A stretch of 64,000 nucleotides of DNA, taken from the NCBI RefSeq assembly GCF_003334385.1, contig NZ_QOWN01000008.1; one strand, given 5' to 3'. This document shows positions 1 through 10,339 of this stretch, in pieces. The stretch comes from Escherichia coli. Its GTDB lineage: Bacteria > Pseudomonadota > Gammaproteobacteria > Enterobacterales > Enterobacteriaceae. The notes under the pieces are model-generated. The model was not told the DNA's origin. It saw only the letters and a list, made by a program, of their open reading frames with translations, and did not search any database. The position numbers were made by a program, and so were the translations under genes. Within the stretch, counting starts at the first letter, position 1. Every line of letters begins with the position of its first letter.

Positions 1-3000
1 AACCCAGCCGCGTCTGAATATCATCACCCTGCGATTGTGACACGCGCGCACGGTTAGCGGCGGTAAAATCATCCTGCTGCACGCCCTGATAAATCACCTG
101 CGCCTGCGGTTCAATCACCACACCACGCCCCGGTAACCACTGATACCCCGCCTCCAGCGAGGCGATAATCCCCGACGAGTGGTAATGATCTGTGCCATCT
201 TCTTGTTCGGAAACATCATTGCTAAACCACGCGTATTGCAGCCAGCTATCCAGCCAGGCCCCTTGCTTCTGATTACCGTGCTGAAACCAGCTTGATGTCA
301 GCCCAACGGCATAACCGTGGTTCTGGTTATCGGCGCGAGTTCCGGTCATATTCGAGCGGCTGTCGCCCTGGTTATCGCTGTAGCCACCAACAATCCCAAG
401 CATCCACTCGCCATCCGTGCCCCAGCGCCCGCTAAACAGATCGCCGCTAAGTTGCACCGTAGAAGTGTCTTCATGTTGAGCCAGTTGCCCCGCTGCTGTG
501 TAATGATAATCTCCGCCGATAACACGTAAATTCAGCGTCTGACCATCGCCACCTGCGTGATCGCGTCGCTCCATCATAAACGCCTGATTTGCCGCCCGCA
601 GGTTATTGAGATAACCGCCAACTTTGGCATTCAACACCGGCTGGTAAGCAGGCGTAGGTTCCGGGTCGGGTGTTGGATCAGGATCCGGCGTGGGATCAGG
701 ATCGGGAGTCGGGTCTGGATCAGGTGGCGATGGCGGCGTTACTTCTTGCGATCGCAGATACCAGTCGTTGTTATCTTCCACCAGCGTGTAGTCATACGCT
801 CCCATATTGACGTAGCCGCTGCCTGCCAGACTGAACTGCGCATTGTTTTGAAACTGCGTGGGATCAGCTGCGAAATCAACCACTTTAATGCCTGTCGATG
901 TCGGCTCACCAATCCCTGTAATGGAGTTAACCACCACAGTTGTGTTGCCAGCAGTATTACCGTTCATCACCAATTGATCGCTTACCGAGTCATCGCCGTT
1001 TAATTCGCTATCGAGCAGTAGCGTACCGCCGCCGGTATAATCACCGTTTACCGTCAGCGTATCGCCAGCGACGCCATTTTGCAGGCTAACCGCACCGGAC
1101 GTATTGGTCAGATTGCCATTAACCGTCACGTTGGAAAGATAAGTCAGGCTGTCAGTTTCAAGGTTGGTATTAAGCTCACCTGTCAACGTCACACCATCGG
1201 TGGCATTCACCAGCGTCCCATCGCCGTTAAATAGTGAGGCATTAAGGGCGACGGAAGTATCCTGCCCGGTCAGGCGCAAAACCGTACCATCGCTGATGTC
1301 GATAGTGCCGCTGGAAATAGCATCAATTGACTGAATATCCTGATCCGCGCCAGTAACGAACGTTGCCCCATCACCAACCCACAGTGACGAAGCATAAGGA
1401 AGGATATCAGCAACATCACCTTTCAGGGTGCCTTCTTCGACACGTACCGCCGACTGCGTTGTACCGCTGGCGGTCAGCTCCAGTGTACCAGCCCCCGTTT
1501 TAGTCAATGTGCTACCCTCATCCTGATGCTGCCCGCTGCTGTCAGCCATCAGTGCGCCCCACTGCGTGTCTACCCCCGCATCAACTGCCACTTCACCGTC
1601 GGCGCGCATTTCAATATCACGTCCGTGGCCTGCCGCATCTGAACGCGTGTCAACGTCGGAGGTAATCTCCATCACGCTTTCTTGTTGCTTATCGGTAAAG
1701 ATAACCTGGCGGTTATAGTGGGTATCTCCAAGCTGCGAGTTGTCGCTCACCATCAGCGTACCGGAGGCGATTTGTGTTGTGCCCAAATAACTATTATTGT
1801 TTGCCAGACTTACCTGCCCGTCGCTCGCATCGACCACCACGTAGACGCCATCTTTCCCGTCGCCGCCGATATGCAAATTGTCGCCACCTGCAAGATCTAC
1901 CACATCCTGACTGCCGATAACCGTTCCGCTGCTGCCACTGACTTCAAGGCCATCGTTGTATGATGTGCCGCTCTGCCAGGTGGAGAAATCAGAGAGATCG
2001 AGCACACCGCCGTTTAACACGATCGACTGCGGATCGTCCTGGAGAGCGGTAAGATCTGCCGCGTCGCCTTCCAGCGAAAGCACCGCACCATCATCAACGA
2101 CTATATCGCCGGTTAGCGCCATCGACTGCGCCCCTGCCAGCACGTAGCTGCCGTTTTGCGCAATGGTGAGCTGACCAGCACCTTCGATGATGCCAGCAAA
2201 ACTGCCCTGATTAACAGTAACGTTGCCACCAGCATCGATATTTAAAGTGCCATTCTGAAAGCCCGTCAATGCGTGCACAAAAGTTTGTTGGGTCGAGCCA
2301 ACGTTTAGCTCAGCCTGATTCTGATACTGATCAATACTCCCTATCGTCAGACCGTAGCAGTCTTGCGGATCGTCCTGGCAATGCGTATCGCCGACATTCA
2401 TCAGGGAGTTGCTGCGGCCCAGGGTAACTTCACCGTTTTCAATCTGCATCTCACCAGTAAAGTCATTGTTATCTGCATTAAGTACCAGATCGCCGGAACC
2501 TGTTTTGGTGATTAACCCGGTACCAGCAATAGAGTCAACAGCTCCGTCATTCTCTGTATTGCCAATAACCAGCGTTTTTCCGTCGGCAATATCAAAGGTA
2601 ACTTCACTTAAGCCGAGATACATAAAGCCACCCGCCGCAGAGGAAGGACCATCTCCATAGCCTGCTGCGCTATTGTTCTCATCGACTAACACGCCTCCGT
2701 TCTGGCTGTAGCTGTCATCAACAGAAATATCAATAAGATAGGGAGCCGTCACGCTATTGGTATATATCGCCCCGCCATAACCTTCGGCAGTGTTATTTGT
2801 AAAGGCAGTGTTATTTACTATCGTATAACCTGAAGGATGCTTGCTGTCGCTATTATTATCGGTAACATCGATTGCCCCGCCATCGCCATCACTGTAACTT
2901 GTTGATGTATATGCCTGGTTGTTATCAAAAATAACATCACTTAAATAAACGTCATTATTAATGGTATAAATTGCGCCACCTTTGCCATCATTAGCGATGT

Positions 3001-3493
3001 TATTGCGAAACATGGCGTTAGTGACACGTAAATCGACGGCACCAGTATCGTTAGTACCAGAAGAATAGATTGCGCCACCATAGCCGCCTGCGACGTTACC
3101 GGAAAAAATAACATCAGTAAGATTCAGCGTTGAGTTTTCTTTAGCAAATATGGCCCCGCCGTTATTATATTCTCCTGTAACGGTGTTATTGGCAAACAGA
3201 GTCATTCCAGTTTCATTTTCTGGTAATAGTGAAAATTCCGCTCCTTGTTGCAAAAATACGGCCCCACCGCTGGCGTTATTGGTCATATCCGAAAAAACCA
3301 GCCATTGCCCATCAGCGATACTCCAGTCCTGCGTAATGCCTGAAAGGCTTTGCCTGCTGGCCTGACAACTCGCTTTGACATCATATCCCTGGCATGAATC
3401 AGTGACCGCCGCGACACCGTTAGCAGAGAAAAGAGATGCAATCATTGACGGGAGTAAAGATAAATACTCCTTGCGTAGAAAGATAATCCGCAT
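1..3493 (-). CDS. yfaL: Autotransporter adhesin YfaL, partial (C-terminal beta-barrel end runs off the window start); start codon ATG at 3493
   Basis: Continuous minus-strand reading frame across 1..3493; translation begins MRIIFLRKEYLSLLPSMIASLFSANG (signal peptide) followed by Gly/Asn/Thr-rich beta-helix-like repeats and a Pro-Asp-Thr linker, matching recalled YfaL. Not listed in the ORF track because it is truncated by the window edge. Confidence 0.88.
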   Translation of the reverse strand, partial: MRIIFLRKEYLSLLPSMIASLFSANGVAAVTDSCQGYDVKASCQASRQSLSGITQDWSIADGQWLVFSDMTNNASGGAVFLQQGAEFSLLPENETGMTLFANNTVTGEYNNGGAIFAKENSTLNLTDVIFSGNVAGGYGGAIYSSGTNDTGAVDLRVTNAMFRNNIANDGKGGAIYTINNDVYLSDVIFDNNQAYTSTSYSDGDGGAIDVTDNNSDSKHPSGYTIVNNTAFTNNTAEGYGGAIYTNSVTAPYLIDISVDDSYSQNGGVLVDENNSAAGYGDGPSSAAGGFMYLGLSEVTFDIADGKTLVIGNTENDGAVDSIAGTGLITKTGSGDLVLNADNNDFTGEMQIENGEVTLGRSNSLMNVGDTHCQDDPQDCYGLTIGSIDQYQNQAELNVGSTQQTFVHALTGFQNGTLNIDAGGNVTVNQGSFAGIIEGAGQLTIAQNGSYVLAGAQSMALTGDIVVDDGAVLSLEGDAADLTALQDDPQSIVLNGGVLDLSDFSTWQSGTSYNDGLEVSGSSGTVIGSQDVVDLAGGDNLHIGGDGKDGVYVVVDASDGQVSLANNNSYLGTTQIASGTLMVSDNSQLGDTHYNRQVIFTDKQQESVMEITSDVDTRSDAAGHGRDIEMRADGEVAVDAGVDTQWGALMADSSGQHQDEGSTLTKTGAGTLELTASGTTQSAVRVEEGTLKGDVADILPYASSLWVGDGATFVTGADQDIQSIDAISSGTIDISDGTVLRLTGQDTSVALNASLFNGDGTLVNATDGVTLTGELNTNLETDSLTYLSNVTVNGNLTNTSGAVSLQNGVAGDTLTVNGDYTGGGTLLLDSELNGDDSVSDQLVMNGNTAGNTTVVVNSITGIGEPTSTGIKVVDFAADPTQFQNNAQFSLAGSGYVNMGAYDYTLVEDNNDWYLRSQEVTPPSPPDPDPTPDPDPTPDPDPTPDPEPTPAYQPVLNAKVGGYLNNLRAANQAFMMERRDHAGGDGQTLNLRVIGGDYHYTAAGQLAQHEDTSTVQLSGDLFSGRWGTDGEWMLGIVGGYSDNQGDSRSNMTGTRADNQNHGYAVGLTSSWFQHGNQKQGAWLDSWLQYAWFSNDVSEQEDGTDHYHSSGIIASLEAGYQWLPGRGVVIEPQAQVIYQGVQQDDFTAANRARVSQSQGDDIQTRLG
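655..735 (-). repeat. In-frame tandem short repeat encoding a (PDPDPT)n-like Pro/Asp/Thr linker inside yfaL
   Basis: Plus-strand text ggatcaggatccggcgtgggatcaggatcgggagtcgggtctggatcagg; minus-strand translation ...PPDPDPTPDPDPTPDPDPTPDPEPTP. Coordinates approximate. Confidence 0.6.
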
Positions 3494-4026
3494 ATTAATC
3501 TAACCATCATTTTCTATAAGACGGCGTATTTAATCGCATTATACGATATGGAATATCTTTCTTTTGTAAATTGTTCAACCCGGTGCAATGGCTATTTTGT
3601 TATTATTTGATGAATAATATCAGTGCGTCATAATTCAAGTTAATAACCTTCAGGGATATCAGTTATATTTAAACTAAATTAAAGTCATGAATAATTTTCT
3701 TATAATATAAGGTAAATTAACAAAATGGCTTAGCATTTAACAATAACCGAATAGAAAACAACCATTTCGCCATCAACAATCTCTTACATTCGCTTATATA
3801 TTGACCACAACTGATACATCAGATTATGTGATGACTCGTGCTTAGATCAATTTTTGCAATCATTAGCAAAAAGATTAATAAACCATCTATATCAATTTAT
3901 CTAACCTATTATGCCGTTCAAGAAATCGCCGAACAGTTATTTTTAACAAATTTTTCTCTTCCCATTGACTTTCCCGGACACCTTGTCTGACCTAAGGTGC
4001 GCGAAAGCCACTTTTTCCTTCCTGAG

Positions 4027-4047
4027 TTATCCACAAAGTTATGCACT
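4027..4047 (+). promoter_or_regulatory. Two DnaA-box-like sites in the nrdA promoter region (TTATCCACA at 4027-4035; TTATGCACT at 4039-4047)
   Basis: Exact match to DnaA box consensus TTATCCACA followed by a near-match, about 150 bp upstream of the nrdA ATG; nrdAB is known to be DnaA-regulated. Confidence 0.6.
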
Positions 4048-4064
4048 TGCAAGAGGGTCATTTT

Positions 4065-4112
4065 CACACTATCTTGCAGTGAATCCCAAACATACCCCCT
4101 ATATATAGTGTT
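4065..4112 (+). promoter_or_regulatory. Two putative NrdR boxes (cacactatcttgcagtg at 4065-4081; ccctatatatagtgtt at 4097-4112) spaced about 32 bp centre-to-centre
   Basis: Palindromic AT-core boxes resembling the NrdR consensus (acaCwAtATaTwGtgt) immediately upstream of nrdA; spacing of about three helical turns is typical. Matching done by eye. Confidence 0.45.
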
Positions 4113-4188
4113 CTAAGCAGCTTCCCGTACTACAGGTAGTCTGCATGAAACTATTGCGGAAAGAATTCCAAAAACAGGTACGACATAC

Positions 4189-6474
4189 ATGAATCAGAAT
4201 CTGCTGGTGACAAAGCGCGACGGTAGCACAGAGCGCATCAATCTCGACAAAATCCATCGCGTTCTGGATTGGGCGGCAGAAGGACTGCATAACGTTTCGA
4301 TTTCCCAGGTCGAGCTGCGCTCCCACATTCAGTTTTATGACGGTATCAAGACCTCTGACATCCACGAAACCATTATCAAGGCTGCCGCAGACCTGATCTC
4401 CCGTGATGCGCCGGATTATCAGTATCTCGCCGCGCGCCTGGCGATCTTCCACCTGCGTAAAAAAGCCTACGGCCAGTTTGAGCCGCCTGCGCTGTACGAC
4501 CACGTGGTGAAAATGGTCGAGATGGGCAAATACGATAATCATCTGCTGGAAGACTACACGGAAGAAGAGTTCAAGCAGATGGACACCTTTATCGATCACG
4601 ACCGTGATATGACCTTCTCTTATGCTGCCGTTAAGCAGCTGGAAGGCAAATATCTGGTACAGAACCGCGTGACCGGCGAAATCTATGAGAGCGCCCAGTT
4701 CCTTTATATTCTAGTTGCCGCGTGCTTGTTCTCGAACTACCCGCGTGAAACGCGCCTGCAATATGTGAAGCGTTTTTACGACGCGGTTTCCACATTTAAA
4801 ATTTCGCTGCCGACGCCAATCATGTCCGGCGTGCGTACCCCGACTCGTCAGTTCAGCTCCTGCGTACTGATCGAGTGCGGTGACAGCCTGGATTCCATCA
4901 ACGCCACCTCCAGCGCGATTGTTAAATACGTTTCCCAGCGTGCCGGGATCGGCATCAACGCCGGGCGTATTCGTGCGCTGGGTAGCCCGATTCGCGGTGG
5001 TGAAGCGTTCCATACCGGCTGCATTCCGTTCTACAAACATTTCCAGACAGCGGTGAAATCCTGCTCTCAGGGCGGTGTGCGCGGCGGTGCGGCAACGCTG
5101 TTCTACCCGATGTGGCATCTGGAAGTGGAAAGCCTGCTGGTGTTGAAAAACAACCGTGGTGTGGAAGGCAACCGCGTGCGTCATATGGACTACGGGGTAC
5201 AAATCAACAAACTGATGTATACCCGTCTGCTGAAAGGTGAAGATATCACCCTGTTCAGCCCGTCCGACGTACCGGGGCTGTACGACGCGTTCTTCGCCGA
5301 TCAGGAAGAGTTTGAACGTCTGTATACCAAATATGAGAAAGACGACAGCATCCGCAAGCAGCGTGTGAAAGCCGTTGAGCTGTTCTCGCTGATGATGCAG
5401 GAACGTGCGTCTACCGGTCGTATCTATATTCAGAACGTTGACCACTGCAATACCCATAGCCCGTTTGATCCGGCCATCGCGCCAGTGCGTCAGTCTAACC
5501 TGTGCCTGGAGATAGCCCTGCCGACCAAACCGCTGAACGACGTCAACGACGAGAACGGTGAAATCGCGCTGTGTACGCTGTCTGCTTTCAACCTGGGCGC
5601 AATTAATAACCTGGATGAACTGGAAGAGCTGGCAATTCTGGCGGTTCGTGCACTTGACGCGCTGCTGGATTATCAGGATTACCCGATCCCGGCCGCCAAA
5701 CGTGGAGCGATGGGTCGTCGTACGCTGGGTATTGGTGTGATCAACTTCGCTTACTACCTGGCGAAGCACGGTAAACGCTACTCCGACGGCAGCGCCAACA
5801 ACCTGACGCATAAAACCTTCGAAGCCATTCAGTATTACCTGCTGAAAGCCTCTAATGAGCTGGCGAAAGAGCAAGGCGCGTGCCCGTGGTTTAACGAAAC
5901 CACTTACGCGAAAGGGATCCTGCCGATCGATACCTATAAGAAAGATCTGGATACCATCGCTAATGAGCCGCTGCATTACGACTGGGAAGCTCTGCGTGAG
6001 TCAATCAAAACGCACGGTCTGCGTAACTCCACGCTTTCTGCTCTGATGCCGTCCGAGACTTCTTCGCAGATCTCTAACGCCACTAACGGTATTGAACCGC
6101 CGCGCGGTTACGTCAGCATCAAAGCGTCGAAAGACGGTATTTTGCGCCAGGTGGTGCCGGACTACGAGCACCTGCACGACGCCTATGAGCTGCTGTGGGA
6201 AATGCCGGGTAACGATGGTTATCTGCAACTGGTGGGTATCATGCAGAAATTTATCGATCAGTCGATCTCTGCCAACACCAACTACGATCCGTCACGCTTC
6301 CCGTCAGGAAAAGTGCCGATGCAGCAGTTGCTGAAAGACCTGCTCACCGCCTACAAATTCGGGGTCAAAACACTGTATTATCAGAACACCCGTGACGGCG
6401 CTGAAGACGCACAAGACGATCTGGTGCCGTCAATCCAGGACGATGGCTGCGAAAGCGGCGCATGTAAGATCTGA
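4189..6474 (+). CDS. nrdA: Class Ia ribonucleoside-diphosphate reductase alpha subunit (761 aa)
   Basis: ORF track 4189..6474; translation [32 protein letters not shown]... ending ...[11 protein letters not shown] matches recalled NrdA, including the C-terminal Cys pair. Confidence 0.97.
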
Positions 6475-6479
6475 TATTG

Positions 6480-6690
<211 letters not shown>

Positions 6691-6707
6691 CCCAACAGGA
6701 CACACTC

Positions 6708-7838
6708 ATGGCATATACCACCTTTTCACAGACGAAAAATGATCAGCTCAAAGAACCGATGTTCTTTGGTCAGCCGGTCAACGTGGCTCGCTACGATCAG
6801 CAAAAATATGACATCTTCGAAAAGCTGATCGAAAAGCAGCTCTCTTTCTTCTGGCGTCCGGAAGAAGTTGACGTCTCCCGCGACCGTATAGATTACCAGG
6901 CGCTGCCGGAGCACGAAAAACACATCTTTATCAGCAACCTGAAATATCAGACGCTGCTGGATTCCATTCAGGGTCGTAGCCCGAACGTGGCGCTATTGCC
7001 GCTTATTTCTATTCCGGAACTGGAAACCTGGGTCGAAACCTGGGCGTTCTCAGAAACGATTCATTCCCGTTCCTATACTCATATCATTCGTAATATCGTT
7101 AACGATCCGTCTGTTGTGTTTGACGATATCGTCACCAACGAGCAGATCCAGAAACGTGCGGAAGGGATCTCCAGCTATTACGATGAGCTGATCGAAATGA
7201 CCAGCTACTGGCATCTGCTGGGCGAAGGTACCCACACCGTTAACGGTAAAACTGTGACCGTTAGCCTGCGCGAGCTGAAGAAAAAACTGTATCTCTGCCT
7301 GATGAGCGTTAACGCGCTGGAAGCGATTCGTTTCTACGTCAGCTTTGCTTGTTCCTTCGCATTTGCAGAACGCGAATTGATGGAAGGCAACGCCAAAATT
7401 ATTCGCCTGATTGCCCGCGACGAAGCCCTGCACCTGACCGGCACCCAGCATATGCTGAATCTGCTGCGCAGCGGCGCGGACGATCCTGAGATGGCGGAAA
7501 TTGCCGAAGAGTGTAAGCAGGAGTGCTATGACCTGTTTGTTCAGGCAGCTCAACAGGAGAAAGACTGGGCGGATTATCTGTTCCGCGACGGTTCGATGAT
7601 TGGTCTGAATAAAGACATTCTCTGCCAGTACGTTGAATACATCACCAATATCCGTATGCAGGCAGTCGGTTTGGATCTGCCGTTCCAGACGCGCTCCAAC
7701 CCGATCCCGTGGATCAACACTTGGCTGGTGTCTGATAACGTGCAGGTTGCTCCGCAGGAAGTGGAAGTCAGTTCTTATCTGGTCGGGCAGATTGACTCGG
7801 AAGTGGACACCGACGATTTGAGTAACTTCCAGCTCTGA
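6708..7838 (+). CDS. nrdB: Class Ia ribonucleotide reductase beta subunit (376 aa)
   Basis: True start ATG at 6708 ([22 protein letters not shown]...); the ORF-track call 6477..7838 is an artefactual upstream extension through the REP cluster. The C-terminus ...[14 protein letters not shown] matches recalled NrdB. Confidence 0.96.
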
Positions 7839-8092
7839 TGGCCCGCGTTACCCTGCGCATCACTGGCACACAACTGCTGTGCCAGGATGAACACCCTTCC
7901 CTTCTGGCGGCGCTGGAATCCCACAATGTGGCGGTTGAGTACCAGTGTCGCGAAGGTTACTGCGGCTCCTGTCGCACACGCCTGGTTGCAGGTCAAGTTG
8001 ACTGGATTGCCGAACCGTTAGCCTTTATTCAGCCGGGGGAAATTTTGCCCTGTTGTTGCCGGGCAAAAGGCGATATTGAAATCGAGATGTGA
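7838..8092 (+). CDS. yfaE: 2Fe-2S ferredoxin YfaE (84 aa), involved in maintaining the NrdB diferric-tyrosyl cofactor
   Basis: ORF 7838..8092, ATGA overlap with the nrdB stop; Cys motif CREGYCGSC...CCC typical of plant-type ferredoxins. Confidence 0.92.
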   Translation: MARVTLRITGTQLLCQDEHPSLLAALESHNVAVEYQCREGYCGSCRTRLVAGQVDWIAEPLAFIQPGEILPCCCRAKGDIEIEM

Positions 8093-8103
8093 ATTGGTTG
8101 TAG

Positions 8104-8143
8104 TGCCAGATACAACGCTTATGCGTCTTATCTGGCCTACAAC
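8104..8143. repeat. Single REP-like palindromic element between convergent yfaE and inaA (probable bidirectional terminator)
   Basis: gccagatacaacgcttatgcgtcttatctggcctacaacg contains the REP-like core cttatctggcctaca and an inverted repeat gccagata/tatctggc. Confidence 0.55.
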
Positions 8144-8145
8144 GA

Positions 8146-8796
8146 TTACATGGCGTAGTAATACGCTTTCACCTGCTCCCAGTCCGCTTTGGGGATTGGC
8201 TCCAGATATTTTTCCAGCTGGCGGAAGTCATGATTAATCGCTTTATCGCGACGCAAGCGGCGACGACTTTTCTCCAGGTCAAGAAAACCAGCTTCTGCAT
8301 TACCTTCTGTTTTCACATAGATATGGCGAACATAACAACAGCCATGTTGACGATTAATGCTATGCATTTTCTTAAACGCCAGCGCCACTGCTTTCAACAT
8401 GGCTTGCCGTACTTCGTCAGAATAAGGCGATACTGCATGCTGGGCATACCAGTCAGCAATGCTGATGAACCCCGCCATATCTTCAGTCACCAGCAACGCT
8501 CGCCATTCACCCTCAATTTTCACCGCTTCACCAAAAACGATCTTCGGCACGATGACACCGGCCCGTTCCAGTTCTTTAATTACCGCAACCTCACGGACAA
8601 TCGTTGGTCGGCCGAACGGATAACGTACGGAATGAAACAGATGATGCGTCATGCGCTTTACATACAGCTTTTTGCCGTTGCGCTCGACGCATTGCACCCC
8701 GCTCATACCATTACGGCGATAGTTAGGCTCTTCAACCCAGTCGCCCTCTGTTGCCCACCAGTGATTAAATTCGTCGTACTTTGCTGAAACTGCCAT
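8146..8796 (-). CDS. inaA: Acid-inducible Kdo/WaaP-family kinase-like protein InaA (216 aa)
   Basis: ORF 8146..8796; translation MAVSAKYDEFNHWWATEGDWVEEPNYRRNGMSGVQ... matches recalled InaA. Confidence 0.92.
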   Translation of the reverse strand: MAVSAKYDEFNHWWATEGDWVEEPNYRRNGMSGVQCVERNGKKLYVKRMTHHLFHSVRYPFGRPTIVREVAVIKELERAGVIVPKIVFGEAVKIEGEWRALLVTEDMAGFISIADWYAQHAVSPYSDEVRQAMLKAVALAFKKMHSINRQHGCCYVRHIYVKTEGNAEAGFLDLEKSRRRLRRDKAINHDFRQLEKYLEPIPKADWEQVKAYYYAM

Positions 8797-9010
8797 ACCC
8801 TATCGCCTGTCATTTTTATTAACGACAATGACTATAGGTGGTTACCTGAGGAAAATCTTAATGAAACGTGTCGTATTAATGAATTTCTTTTGCCACTACT
8901 AGCTTGACACCGCTTTTACCCTTCATTTGCAGCGCATAGATTCCACCAGCCACTACCACTAATAGTGCGCCCAGCAGATAAAATGTGAATTTAATCAGGC
9001 GGATACAGCG

Positions 9011-9217
9011 ATGAATTTTATTCGACAGGGATTAGGCATCGCCTTACAACCAGAGTTAACGCTGAAAAGCATTGCAGGTGAATTGTGTTCCGTTCCTCTC
9101 GAACCAACTTTCTATCGACAGATTTCGTTGCTGGCTAAAGAAAAGCCGGTAGAAGGCAGTCCACTGTTTTTACTACAAATGTGCATGGAACAATTAGTGG
9201 CGATTGGAAAAATTTGA
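9011..9217 (+). pseudogene. yfaH: Remnant encoding only the C-terminal effector-domain fragment of a LysR-family regulator (68 codons)
   Basis: ORF 9011..9217 (MNFIRQGLGIALQPELTLKSIAGELCSVPLEP...) resembles the C-terminal substrate-binding region of LysR-type regulators; no N-terminal HTH domain is encoded upstream. Corresponds to the K-12 yfaH fragment as recalled. Confidence 0.6.
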
Positions 9218-9224
9218 TATGAGA

Positions 9225-9250
9225 CAGGATGGCGCATGAACGCCATCCTG
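9225..9250. terminator. GC-rich hairpin (caggatggcg-catgaa-cgccatcctg) between convergent yfaH remnant and glpQ; candidate glpTQ terminator
   Basis: Perfect 10-bp inverted repeat with a 6-nt loop directly downstream of the glpQ stop; no strong T-run, so assignment is tentative. Confidence 0.4.
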
Positions 9251-9258
9251 CAGTAACA

Positions 9259-10335
9259 TTACTCTTTATTAAGAAATTTTACTGCCTTATCAGGGAAATC
9301 AGTAAACAGCCCATTTACACCCGCTTTGTTATACAGAGCATCATATAACTGATTCACATCAGGAGTGTATTCAGGCAGTTTATCTGACCGCACGGTATAA
9401 GGATGCACTACCAGTTTATTCTGCTGAGCATCTTGCACCATGCCAGTGAGTTTGATATTACCCGGCTGCGATGTCTCCTCAATCAACATATGGTAATCCG
9501 GACCAATACCATCTGCATATTCCGCCACCTGTTTCATGGCACCCGGCTTAAACATCCAGTCGTAGTTGTAATTAACCCAGCTTCCATCCGGCTGTTTCTG
9601 CTGCGTTTCATTCCAGTCGGTATAGGCAATCAGCTGTACCAGATTGAGCTCCATGCCCATTTTGGGTTCCAGCTCATTCTTAATACGCTTCAGCTCATCA
9701 GCATCAAAACATTGCAAATAAACTTTATCGTCTTTACCGGTGTAACCATATTTCTTCAGCACTTCCAGCGTTTTTGCCGCAATATCCTTCCCTTCCTGAT
9801 GATGGAACCACGGCGCTTTGATTTCTGGATAAATACCGATATTTTTCCCGGTAGAGTGATTTAACCCCTGAACAAATTCAATCTCTTCTTCAAAGGTGTG
9901 CACCCGGAAGTCGGACTTACCCATTGGGAAACGCCCCGGATAAGTCTGCACTTTTTTACCGTTTTCAATATCGAAACCTTCGGTAAATTTCAACGACTTA
10001 ATTTCATCCAGCGTGAAATCTATCGCGTAGTAACGACCGTCTTTGCGCGCCCGATCCGGGAAACGATCGGCAACATCAGTAACACGATCGAGGTAATGGT
10101 CATGCAGAACAACCAGATTGTCGTCTTTGGTCATCACCAAATCCTGTTCCAGATAATCCGCTCCCTGCGCATACGCCATCGCTTTTGCTGGCAGCGTATG
10201 CTCCGGCAAATATCCACTGGCACCGCGATGGGCGATGACTATTTTTTCGTTGCTGTCCGCCGCCATTGCACTGCTTCCCATGACTATAGTGCTCATCATG
10301 ATCGCCATGCTAAGGTTTTTCAGCGTCAATTTCAT
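9259..10335 (-). CDS. glpQ: Periplasmic glycerophosphodiester phosphodiesterase (358 aa)
   Basis: Start taken at the ATG at 10335 (MKLTLKNLSMAIMMSTIVMGSSAMA, signal peptide), matching recalled GlpQ; the ORF-track start at 10392 is a 19-codon in-frame extension overlapping glpT. Confidence 0.94.
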   Translation of the reverse strand: MKLTLKNLSMAIMMSTIVMGSSAMAADSNEKIVIAHRGASGYLPEHTLPAKAMAYAQGADYLEQDLVMTKDDNLVVLHDHYLDRVTDVADRFPDRARKDGRYYAIDFTLDEIKSLKFTEGFDIENGKKVQTYPGRFPMGKSDFRVHTFEEEIEFVQGLNHSTGKNIGIYPEIKAPWFHHQEGKDIAAKTLEVLKKYGYTGKDDKVYLQCFDADELKRIKNELEPKMGMELNLVQLIAYTDWNETQQKQPDGSWVNYNYDWMFKPGAMKQVAEYADGIGPDYHMLIEETSQPGNIKLTGMVQDAQQNKLVVHPYTVRSDKLPEYTPDVNQLYDALYNKAGVNGLFTDFPDKAVKFLNKE

Positions 10336-10339
10336 GCCA

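Noticed and set aside
4711-5976. 421-aa antisense ORF inside nrdA (minus strand)
   Set aside because: Lies entirely within the strongly supported nrdA coding region; its translation is low-complexity and Arg/Val/Gln-rich, typical of stop-free antisense frames of GC-rich genes; no start context.
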